Positions 26,301 to 37,762 of a stretch of 64,000 nt of DNA are shown here, piece by piece. How positions within the stretch are numbered: the stretch's first letter is position 1; the number at the start of each line of letters is the position of its first letter. This stretch comes from Camelus dromedarius (taxonomy: Eukaryota). A program made the position numbers and the translations under genes. Below the pieces are notes generated by a model. It did not search any database. It had not been told where the DNA came from and saw only the letters and a list, made by a program, of their open reading frames with translations. Location: assembly GCF_036321535.1 (NCBI RefSeq), contig NC_087436.1, positions 2,790,001 through 2,854,000 on the forward strand. Direction: 5' to 3'.

Positions 26301-27828
26301 AAACTTTTACTCTGGTTTCTCAGTCTGTTTCCTAGTGCCGGTTTGAAGTTCCTGTAGTTTTCACTATAAGAGCGAGTTGAAGCTAGTACCTCCCCATATA
26401 TATGTATGGAGTGGAGTTTGCAAATGAAAAGAAACTTTGTGTTCCCAAGAAGCTAGGTGAAGTATGGCATTCACACACTATTATCTCTCAGAACTGAGCA
26501 TGTGTAGATACGTTCGTTAATCTAGCACAAACTGAACGGGTTGCAGGAGAAACTTAACTCTAGTTTCTCAGTCTGTTTCCTAGTGCCGGTTTGAAGTTCC
26601 TGCAGTTTTCAGTGTAAACCCGAGATGCATCTAGTACCTCCTCATATATATGTATGAAGTGGAGTTTGCAAATGAAAGAAACTTTGTGTTCCCAAAAAGC
26701 TAGGTGAAGTACGGCTTTAACACACACTTATCTCTCAGAACTTAGCATGTGGAGAGACGTTCGTTCATCTAGCACAAAGGGAACGGGTTGCAGGAGAAAC
26801 TTTTACTCTGGTTTCTCAGTCTGTTTCCTAGTGCCGGTTTGAAGTTCCTGCAGTTTTCACTGTAAAACCGAGTTGCAGCTAGTACATCCCCATATATATG
26901 TATGGAGTGGTATTTGCAACTGAAAAGAAACTTTGTGTTCCCAACAAGCTAGGTGAAAGACGGCTTTAACACACGCTTATTTCTCAGAACTGAGCATGTG
27001 GAGAGACGTTCGTTCATCTAGCACAAAGGGAACAGGTTGCAGGAGAAACTTTTACTCTCTTTTCTCAGTCGGTTTCCTAGTGCCGTTTTGAAGTTCCTGC
27101 AGTTTTAACTGTAAAATAGATTTGGAGCTTGTAACTCCCCATATATATGTATGGATTGGAGTTTGCAACTGAAAAGGAACTTTGTGTTCCCAACAAGCCT
27201 TGTGAAGGACGGCTTTCACACACACTTATCTCTCACAACTGAGCATGTGGAGAGACATTCGTTCATCTAGCACAAAGGGAACGGGTTGATGGAGAAACTT
27301 TTTCTCTGGTTTCTCTGTCTGTTTCCTGTTGCCGGTTTAAAGTTCCTGCAGTTTTCACTGTAAAATCAATTTGGAGGTAGTACCTCCCCATATATATGTA
27401 TGGAGTGGAGTTTACAACTGAAAGGAACTTTGTGTTCCCAAGAAGCTAGGTGAAGGACGGCTTTCACACACAATTATCTCTCAGAACTGAGCATGTGGAG
27501 AGACGTTCGTTCATCTAGCAAAAAGGGAACGGGTTGCAGGAGAAACTTTTTCTCTGGTTTCTCAGTCTGTTTCCTAGTGACGGTTTGATATTCCTGCAGT
27601 TTTCACTGTAAAACCGAGTTGGAGCTAGAACATCACCATATATTTGTATGGTGGGGAGTTTGCAAATGAAAAGAAACTTTGTGTTCCCAACAAGCTAGGT
27701 GAAGGACGGCTTTCACACACACTTATCTCTCAGAAATGAGCATGTGGAGAGACGTTCGTTCATCTAACACAAAGGGAACGGGTTGCAGGAGAAACTTTAA
27801 CTCTGGTTTCTCAGTCTGTTTCCTAGTG

Positions 27829-29070
27829 CCGGTTTGAAGTTCCTGCAGTTTTCACTGTAAAACCGATTTGGAGCTAGTACCTCCCCATAAATATGTATGG
27901 TTTGGAGTTGGAAGGGAAAAGAAACTGTGTGTTCCCAATAAGCTAGTTCAAGGACGGCTTTCACACACACTTATCTCTCAGAACTGAGCATGTCGAGAGA
28001 CTTTCGTTCATCTAGCACAAAGGGAACGGGTTGCAGGAGAAACTTTTACTCTGGTTTCTCATTCTGTTTCTTAGTGCCGGTTTGAAGTTCCTGCAATTTT
28101 CACTGTAAAACCGAGTTGGAGCTAGTACCTCCCCATATATATGTATGGATTGGAGTTTTCAAGTGAAAAGAAACTTTGTGTTCCCAAAAAGCTAGGTGAA
28201 GTACGGCTTTCACACACACTTATCTCTCAGAACTGAGCATGTGGAGAGACGTTCGTTCATCTAGCACAAAGGGAACGGGTTGCAGGAGAAATTTTACTCT
28301 GGTTTCTCAGTCTGTTTCCTAGTGCCGGTTTGAAGTTCCTGCAGTTTTCACTGTAAAACCGAGTTGGAGCTAGTACCTCCCCATATATATGTATGGATTG
28401 GAGTTAGCAACTGAAAAGAAACTTTGTGTTCCCAACAAGCTAGGTGAAAGACGGCTTTCACACACGCTTATCTCTCAGAACTGAGCATGTGGAGAGACGT
28501 TCGTTCATCTAGCACAAAGGGAACGGGTTGCAGGAGGAACTTTTACTCTGGTTTCTCAGTCTGTTTCCTAGTGCCAGTTTGAAGTTCCTGCAGTTTTCAC
28601 TGTAAAACCGATTTGGAGCTAGTACCTCCCCATATATATGTATGGATTGGAGTTTGAAGGGAAAAGAAACTTTGTGTTCCCAATAAGCTAGTTCAAGGAC
28701 GGCTTTCACACACACTTATCTCTCAGAACTGAGCATGTCGAGAGACGTTCGTTCATCTAGCAGAAAGGGAACGGGTTGCAGGAGAAACTTTTACTCTGGT
28801 TTCTCATTCTGTTTCCTAGTGCCGGTTTGAAGTTCCTGCAGTTTTCACTGTAAAATCGAGTTGGAGCTAGTACCTCCCCATATATATGTATGGATTGGAG
28901 TTTGCAAGTGAAAAGAAACTTTGTGTTCCCAAAAAGCTATGTGAAGTACGGCTTTCACACACACTTATCTCTCAGAACTGAGCATGTGGAGAGACGTTCG
29001 TTCATCTAGCACAAAGGGAACGGGTTGCAGGAGAAATTTTACTCTGGTTTCTCAGTCTGTTTCATACTGC
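27829..29070. repeat. Local duplication with three-monomer period (745 bp)
   Basis: Private GAAGGGAAAAG...CAATAAGCTAGTTCAAGG at 27911 and 28656; each is followed by a CAAAAAGC monomer ending in GAGAAATTTTAC. Confidence 0.75.
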
Positions 29071-29565
29071 CGGTATGAAGTTCCTGCAGTTTTCACTGTA
29101 AAACCGAGTTGGAGCTAGTACCTCCCCATATATATGTATGGAGTGGAGTTTGCAAATTAAAAGAAACTTTGTGTTCCCTAGAAGCTAGGTGAAGTATGGC
29201 ATTCACACACGCTTATCTCTCAGAACTGAGCATGTGGAGAGACGTTCGTTCATCTAGCACAAAGGAAACGGGTTGCAGGAGAAACTTAACTCTGGTTTTT
29301 CAGTCTGTTTCCTAGTGCCGGTTTGAAGTTCCTGCAGTTTTCACTGTAAAACCGAGTTGGAGCTAGTACATCCCGTTATATATATATGGAGTGGAATATG
29401 CAACTGAAAGGAACTTTGTGTTCCCAAGAAACTATTTGATGGTCGGCTTTCACACACACTTATCTCTCAGAACTGAGCATGTGGAGAGACGTTCGTTCAT
29501 CTAGCACAAAGGGAACGGGTTGCAGGAGAAACTTTTACTCTGGTTTCTCAGTCTGTTTCCTAGTG

Positions 29566-32500
29566 CCGGTTTGAAGTTCCTGCAGTTTTCACTGTAAAAC
29601 AGAGTTGGAGCTAGTACCTCCCCATAAAAATGTACGGAGTGGAGTTTGCAAGTGAAAAGAAACTTTGTGTTCCCAACAAGTTAGGTGAAGGACGGCTTTC
29701 ACACACACTTATCTCTCAGAACTCAGCATGTGGAGAGACATTCGTTCATCTAGCACAAAGGGAACGGGTTGAAGGAGAAACTTTTTCTCTGGTTTCTCTG
29801 TCTGTTTCCTGTTGCCGGTTTAAAGTTCCTGCAGTTTTCACTGTAAAACCGAGTTGGGGGGTAGTACCTCCCCATATATATTTATGGAGTGGAGTTTGCA
29901 ACTGAAAGGATCTTTGTGTTCCGAAGAAGCTAGGTGAAGGACGGCTATCACACACACTTATCACTCAGAACTTAGCATGTGGAGAGACGTTCGTTCATCT
30001 AGCAAAATGGAACGGGTTGCAGGAGAATCTTTTACTCTGGTTTCTCAGTCTGTTTCCTCTTGCCGGTTTGAAGTTCCTGCAGTTTTCCCTGTAAAACCGA
30101 TTTGGAGCTAGAACCTCCCCATATATATGTATGGAGGGGAGTTTGCAAATGAAAAGAAACTATGTGTTCCCAACAAGCTAGGTGAAGGACGGCTTTCACA
30201 CACAATTATCTCTCAGAAATGAGCATCTGGAGAGACGTTCGTTCATCTAGCACAAAGGGAACGGGTTGCAGGAGAAACTTTTACTCTGGTTTCTCAGTCT
30301 GTTTCCTAGTGCCGGTTTGAAGTTCCTGCAGTTTTCACTGTAAAACCGATTTGGAGCTAGTACCTCCCCATATATATGTATGGAGTGGAGATTGCAAGTG
30401 AAAAGAAACTTTGTGTTCCCAACAAGCTAGTTGAAGGACGGCTTTCACACACACTTATCTCTCAGAACTGAGCATGTCGAGAGACGTTCGTTCATCTAGC
30501 ACAAATGGAACGGGTTGAAGGAGAAACTTTTTCTCTGGATTCTCAGTCTGTTTCCTAGTGCCGGTTTGAAGTTCCTGCAGTTTTCACTGTAAACACGAGG
30601 TGCAGCTAGTACCTACTCATATATATGTATGGATTGGAGTTTGCAAGTGAAAAGAAAATTTGTGTTCCCAACAAACTAGGTGAAGGACGGCTTTCACACA
30701 CACTTATCTCTCAGAAATGAGCATGTGGAGAGACGTTCGTTCATCTAGCACAAAGGGAACGGGTTGCAGGAGAAACTTTTACTCTGGTTTCTCAGTCTGT
30801 TTCATAGTGCCTGTTAGAAGTTCCTGCAGTTTTCACTGTAAAACCGAGTTGGAGCTAGTACCTCCCCATATATATGTATGGAATGGAGTTTGCAAGTGAA
30901 AAGAAACTTTGTGTTCCCAACAAGCTAGATGAAGGACGGCTTTCACACACACTTAACTCTCAGAACTGAGCATGTGGAGAGACGTTCGTTCATCTAGCAC
31001 AAAGGGAACGGGTTGCAGGAGAAACTATTACTCTGGTTTCTCAGTCTGTTTCCTAGTGCCGGTTTGAAGTTCCTACAGTTTTCACAGTAAAACCGAGTTG
31101 GAGCTAGTACCTCCCCATATATATGTATGGAGTGGAGTTTGCAACTGAAAAGAAACTTTGTGTTCCCAACAAGTTAGGTGAAGGACGGCTTTCACACACA
31201 CTTATCTCTCAGAAGTGAGCATGTGGAGAGACGTTCGTTCATCTAGCACAAAGGGAACGGGTTGCAGGGGAAACTTTTACTCTGGTCTCTCAGTCTGTTT
31301 CCTAGTGCCGGTTTGAAGTTCCTGCAGTTTTCACTGCAAAACCGAGTTGGAGCTAGTACCTCCCCATATATATGTATGGAGTGGAGTTTGCAACTGAAAA
31401 GAAACTTTGTGTTCCCAAGAAGCTAGATGAAGTATGGCATTCACACACAATTATCTCTCAGAACTGAGCATGTGGAGAGACGTTCGTTCATCTAGCACAA
31501 AGGAAACGGTTTGCAGGGGAAACTTAACTCTGGTTTCTCATTCTGTTTCCTAGTGCCGGTTTGAAGTTCCTGCAGTTTTCACTGTAAACCCGAGATGTAG
31601 CTCTTACCTCCTCATATATATGTATGGAGTGGAGTTTGCAATTGAAAAGAAACTTTGTGTTCCCAAGAAGCTAGGTGAAGGACGGCTTTCACACACTCTT
31701 ATCTCTCAGAACTGAGCATGTGGAGAGACGTTCGTTCATCTAGCACAAAGGAAGCAGGTTGTAGGAGAAACTTAACTCTGGTTTCTCAGTGTTTTTCCTG
31801 TTGCCGGTTTGAAGTTCCTGCAGTTTTCACTGTAAAACCGAGTTGGAGCTAGTACCTCCCCATATATATGTATGGAGTGGAGTTTGCAAGTGAAAAGAAA
31901 CTTTGTGTTCCCAACAAGCTAGGTGAAGGACGGCTTTCACACACATTTATCTCTGAGAACTGAGCATGTGGAGAGACGTTCGTTCATCTAGCACAAAGGG
32001 AACGGGTTGCAGGAGAAACTATTACTCTGGTTTCTCAGTCTGTTTCCTAGTGCCGGTTTGAAGTACTTGCAGTTTTCACTGTAAAACCGATTTGGAGCTA
32101 GTACCTCCCCATATATATGTATGGAGTGGAGTTTGCAACTGAAAAGAAACTTTGTGTTCCCAAGAAGCTAGGTGAAGTACGGCTTCCACACACTGTTATC
32201 TCTCAGAACTGAGCATGTGGAGAGTCGTTCGTTCATCTAGCAAAAAGGAAGCGGGTTGCAGGAGAAACTTTTACTCTGGATTCTCAGTCTGTTTCCTAGT
32301 GCCATTTTGAAGTTCCTGCAGTTTTCACTGTAAAACCGAGTTGGAGCTAGTACCTCCCCATATATATGTATGGAGTGGAGTTTGAAACTGAAAAGAAACT
32401 TTGTGTTCCCAAGAAGCTAGTTGAAGTATGGCATTCACACATTATTATCTCTCAGAACTGAGCATGTGGAGAGACGTTCGTTCATCTAGCACAAAGGAAA

Positions 32501-35500
32501 CGAGTTGCAGGAGAAACTTAACTCTGGTTTCACAGTCTGTTTCCCAGTGCCGGTTTGAAGTTCCTGCAGTTTTCACTGTAAACCCGAGATGCAGCTAGTA
32601 GCTCCCCATATATATGTACGGAGTGGAGTTTGCAACTGAAAAGAAACTTTGTGTCCCCAAGAAGATAGTTGAAGGACGGCTTTCACACACACTTATCTCT
32701 CAGAACTGAGCATGTCGAGAGACGTTCGTTCATCTAGCACAAAAGGAACGGGATGCAGGGGAAGCTTTTACTCTGGTTTCTCAGTCTGTTTCCTAGTGCC
32801 GGTTAGAAGTTCCTGCAGTTTTCACTGTAAAACCGTTTGGAGCTAGTACCTCCCCATATATATGTACGGAGTGGTGTTTGGAAGAGAAAAGAAACTTTGT
32901 GTTCCTACAAGCTAGGTGAAGGACAGCTTTCACACACACTTATCCCTATAACTGAGCTTGTGGAGAGACGTTCGTTCATCTAGCAAAAAAGAACGGGTTG
33001 CAGGAGAAACTTTTTTTCTGGTTTCTCAGTCTGTTTCCTAGTGCCGATTAGAAGTTCCGGCAGTTTTCCCTGTAAAACCTAGTTGGAGCTAGTACCTCCC
33101 CATATATATGTATGGATTGAAGTTTGCAAATGAAAAGAAACTTTGTGTTCCCTAGAAGCTAGGTGAAGTATGGCATTCACGCACTATTATCTCTCAGAAC
33201 TGAGCATGTGGAGAGACTTTCGTTCATCTAGCACAAAGGAAACGGGTTGCAGGAGAAACTTAACTCTAGTTTCTCAGTCTGTTTCCTAGTGCCGGTTTGA
33301 AGTTCCTGCAGTTTTCAGTGTAAACCCGAGATGCAGCTAGTACCTCCTCATATATATGTATGGAGTGGAGTTTGCAAGTGAAAAGAAACTTTGTGTTCCC
33401 AACAAGCTAGGTGAAGGACGGCTTTCACACACACTTTTCTCTCAGAAATGAGCATGTGGAGAGACGTTCGTTCATCTAGCACAAAGGGAATCGGATGAAG
33501 GAGAAACTTTTTCTCTGGTTTCTGAGTATGTTTCCTGTTGCCGGTTTGAAGTTCCTGCAGTTTTCACTGTAAAACAGAGTTGGAGCTAGTACATCCCCAT
33601 ATATATATATGGAGTGGAGTATGCAAGTGAAAAGAAACTTTGTGTTCCCAACAAGTTAGGTGAAGGACGGCTTTCACACACACTTATCTCTCAGAACTGA
33701 GCATGTGGAGAGACGTTCGTTCATCTAGCACAAATGGAACGGGTTGCAGGAGAAACTTTTACTCTGGTTTCTCAGTCTGTTTCCTAGTGCCGGTTTGAAG
33801 TTCCTGCAGTTTTCACTGTAAAACCGAGTTGGAGCTAGTACCTCCCCATATATATGTATGGAGTGGAGTTTGCAACTGAAAAGAAACTTTGTGTTCCCAA
33901 GAAGCTAGTTGAAGTATGGCATTCACACACTATTATCTCTCAGAACTGAGCATGTGGAGAGACGTCGTTCATCTAGCACAAAGGAAACGGGTTGCAGGAG
34001 AAACTTAACTCTGGTTTCTCATTCTGTTTCCTAGTGCCGGTTTGAAGTTCCTGCAGTTTTCACTGTAAACCCGAGATGCAGCTAGTACCTCCTCATATAT
34101 ATGTATGGAGTGGAGTTTGCAATTGAAAAGAAACTTTGTGTTCCCAAGGAGCTAGGTGAAGGACGGATTTCACACACACTTATCTCTCAGAACTGAGCAT
34201 GTGGAGAGACGTTCGTTCATCTAGCACAAAGGAAGCAGGTTGCAGGAGAAACTTAACTCTGGTTTCTCAGTGTGTTTCCTGTTGCCAGTTTGAAGTTCCT
34301 GCAGTTTTCACTGTAAAACCGAGTTGGAGCTAGTACCTCCCCATATATATGTATGGAGTGGAGTTTGCAATTGAAAAAAACTTTGTGTTCCCATCAAGCC
34401 TAGTGAAAGAAGGCTTTCACACACACTTATCTCTCAGAACTGAGCATGTGGAGACACGTTCGTTCATCTGGCAAAAAGGGAACGGGTTGCAGGAAAAACT
34501 TTTACTCTGGTTTCTCAGTCTGTTTCCTAGTGCCGGTTTGAAGTTCCTGCAGTTTTCACTGTAAAACCGAGTTGGAGCTAGTACCTCCCCATATATATGT
34601 ATGGAGTGGAGTTTGCAAGTGAAAAGAAACTTTGTGTCCCCAACAAGCTAGATGATGGACGGCTTTCACACACACTTATCTCTCAGAACTGAGCATGTGG
34701 AGAGACGTTCGTTCATCTAGCACAAAGGGAACGTGTTGCAGGAGAAACTTTTACTCTGGTTTCTCAGTCAGTTTCCTAGTGCCGGTTTGAAGTTCCTGCA
34801 GTTTTCACTGTAAAACCGAGTTGGAGCTAGTACCTCCCCATATAATTGTACGGAGTGGAGTTTGCAAGTGAAAAGAAACTTTGTGTTCCCAACAAGCTAG
34901 GTGAAGGGCGGCTTTCACACACACTTATCTCTCAGAACTCAGCATGTGGAGAGACATTCGTTCATCTAGCACAAAGGGAACGGGTTGAAGGAGAAATTTT
35001 TCTCTGGTTTCTCTGTCTGTTTCCTGTTGCCGGATTAAAGTTCCTGCAGTTTTCACTGTAAAATCGAGTTGGGGGGTAGTACCTCCCCATATATATGTAT
35101 GGAGTTGAGTTTGCAACTGAAAGGAACTTTGTGTTCCGTAGAAGCTAGGTGAAGGACGGCTATCAAACACACTTATCACTCAGAACTTAGCATGTGGAGA
35201 GACGTTCGTTCATCTATCAAAATGGAACGGGATGCAGGAGAATCTTTTACTCTGGTTTCTCAGTCTGTTTCCTCTTGCCGGTTTGAAGTTCCTGCAGTTT
35301 TCACTGTAAAACCGATTTGGAGCTAGAACCTCCCCATATATATGTATGGAGGGGAGTTTGCAAATGAAAAGAAACTTTGTGTTCCCAACAAGCTAGGTGA
35401 AGGGCGGCTTTCACACACAATTATCTCTCAGAAATGAGCATGTGGAGAGACGTTCGTTCATCTAGCACAAAGGGAACGGGTTGCAGGAGAAACTTTTACT

Positions 35501-36760
35501 CTGGTTTCTCAGTCTGTTTCCTAGTGCCGGTTTGAAGTTCCTGCAGTTTTCACTGTAAAACAGATTTGGAGCTAGTACCTCCCCATATATATGTATGGAG
35601 TGGAGTTTGCAAGTGAAAAGAAACTTTGTGTTCCCAACAAGCTAGTTGAAGGATGGCTTTCACACACACTTATCTCTCAGAACTGAGCATGTCGAGAGAC
35701 GTTCGTTCATGTAGCACAAATGGAACGGGTTGAAGGAGAAACTTTTTCTCTGGATTCTCAGTCTGTTTCCTAGTGCCGGTTTGAAGTTCCTGCAGTTTTC
35801 ACTGTAAACACGAGATGCAGCTAGTACCTACTCATATATATGTATGGAGTGGAGTTTGCAAGTGAAAAGAAACTTTGTGTTCCCAACAAACTAGGTGAAG
35901 GAAGGCTTTCACACACACTTATCTCTAAGAAATGAGCATGTGGAGAGACGTTCGTTCATCTAGCACAAAGGGAACGGGTTGCAGGAGAAACTTTTACTCT
36001 GGTTTCTCAGTCTGTTTCCTAGTGCCTGTTAGAAGTTCCTGCAGTTTTCACTGTAAAACCGAGTTGGAGCTAGTACCTCCCCATATATATGTATGGAATG
36101 GAGTTTGCAAGTGAAAAGAAACTTTGTGTTCCCAACAAGCTAGATGAAGGACGGCTTTCACACACACTTAACTCTCAGAACTGAGCATGTGGAGGGACGT
36201 TCGTTCATCTAGCACAAAGGGAACGGGTTGCAGGAGAAACTATTACTCTGGTTTCTCAGTCTGTTTCCTAGTGCCGGTTTGAAGTTCCTACAGTTTTCAC
36301 AGTAAAACCGATTTGGGGCTAGTACCTCCCCATATATATGTATGGAGTGGAGTTTGCAACTGAAAAGAAACTTTGTGTTCAAAAGAAGCTAGTTGAAGTA
36401 TGGCATTCACACACAATTATCTCTCAGAACTGAGCATGTGGAGAGACGTTCGTTCATCTAGCACAAAGGAAACGGTTTGCAGGGGTAACTTAACTCTGGT
36501 TTCTCATTCTGTTTCCTAGTGCCGGTTTGAAGTTCCTGCAGTTTTCACTGTAAACCAGAGATGCAGCTAGTACCTCCTCATATATATGTATGGAGTGGAT
36601 TTTGCAATTGAAAAGAAACTTTGTGTTCCCAAGAAGCTAGGTGAAGTACGGCTTTCACACACTCTTATCTCTCAGAACTGAGAATGTGGAGAGACGTTCG
36701 TTCATCTAGCAAAAAAGAACGGGTTGCAGGAGAAACTTTTTTCTGGTTTCTCAGTCTGTT
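29566..36760. repeat. Older block duplication: ~29566-31800 repeated at ~34782-36760 (offset ~5,216 bp, 21 monomers)
   Basis: Ordered shared markers ACTCAGCATG, GTTGGGGGGTAG, TATCACTCAG, AAACACGAG, GCCTGTTAG, CCTACAGTTTTCACAG. ORF offsets 29630/34846 and 30717/35932. The copies differ at several sites per monomer. Confidence 0.82.
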
Positions 36761-37762
36761 TCCTAGTGCCGGTTAGAATTTCCTGCAGTTTTCCCTGTAA
36801 AACCTATTTGGAGCTAGTACCTCCCCATATATATGTATGGATTGAAGATTGCAAATGAAAAGAAACTTTGTGTTCCCTAGAAGCTAGGTGAAGTATGGCA
36901 TTCACGCACTATTATCTCTCAGAACTGAGCATGTGGAGAGACGTTCGTTCATCTAGCACAAAGGAAACGGGTTGCAGGAGAAACTTAACTCTAGTTTCTC
37001 ATTCTGTTTCCTAGTGCCGGTTTGAAGTTCCTGCAGGTTTCAGTGTAAACCCAAGATGCAGCTAGTACCTCCTCATATATATGTATGAAGTGGAGTTTGC
37101 AAGTGAAAAGAAACTTTGTGTTCCCAAAAAGCTAGGTGAAGGACGGCTTCCACACACTCTTATCTCTCAGAACTGAGCATGTGGAGAGTCGTTCGTTCAT
37201 CTAGCACAAAGGAAGCGGGTTGTAGTAGAAACTTAACTCTGGTTTCTCAGTCTGTTTCCTAGTGCCGGTTTGAAGTTCCTGCAATTTTCACTGTAAAACC
37301 GACTTGGAGCTAGTACCTCCCCATATATATTTATGGAGTGGAGTTTGCAAGTGAAAAGAAACTTTGTGTTCCCAACAAGCTAGGTGAAGGACGGCTTTCA
37401 CACACACTTATCTCTGAGAACTGAGCATGTGGAGAGACTTTCGTTCATCTAGCACAAAGGGAACGGGTTGCACGAGAAACTATTACTCTGGTTTCTCAGT
37501 CTGTTTCCTAGTGCCGGTTTGAAGTTCCTGCAGTTTTCACTGTAAAACCGAGTTGGAGCTAGTACCTCCCCATATATATGTATGGAGTGGAGTTTGCAAC
37601 TGAAAAGAAACTTTGTGTTCCCAAGAAGCTAGGTGAAGGACGGCTTCCACACATTCTTATCTCTCAGAACTGAGCATGTGGAGAGACGTTCGTTCATGTA
37701 GCACAAAGTGAACGGGTTGAAGGGGAAACTTTTACTCTGGTTTATCAGTCTCTTTCCTAGTG

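Noticed and set aside
29853..29864. G-quadruplex at GTTGGGGGGTAG or GGAGGGGAG variants
   Set aside because: These are isolated G-runs without four closely spaced G3 tracts.
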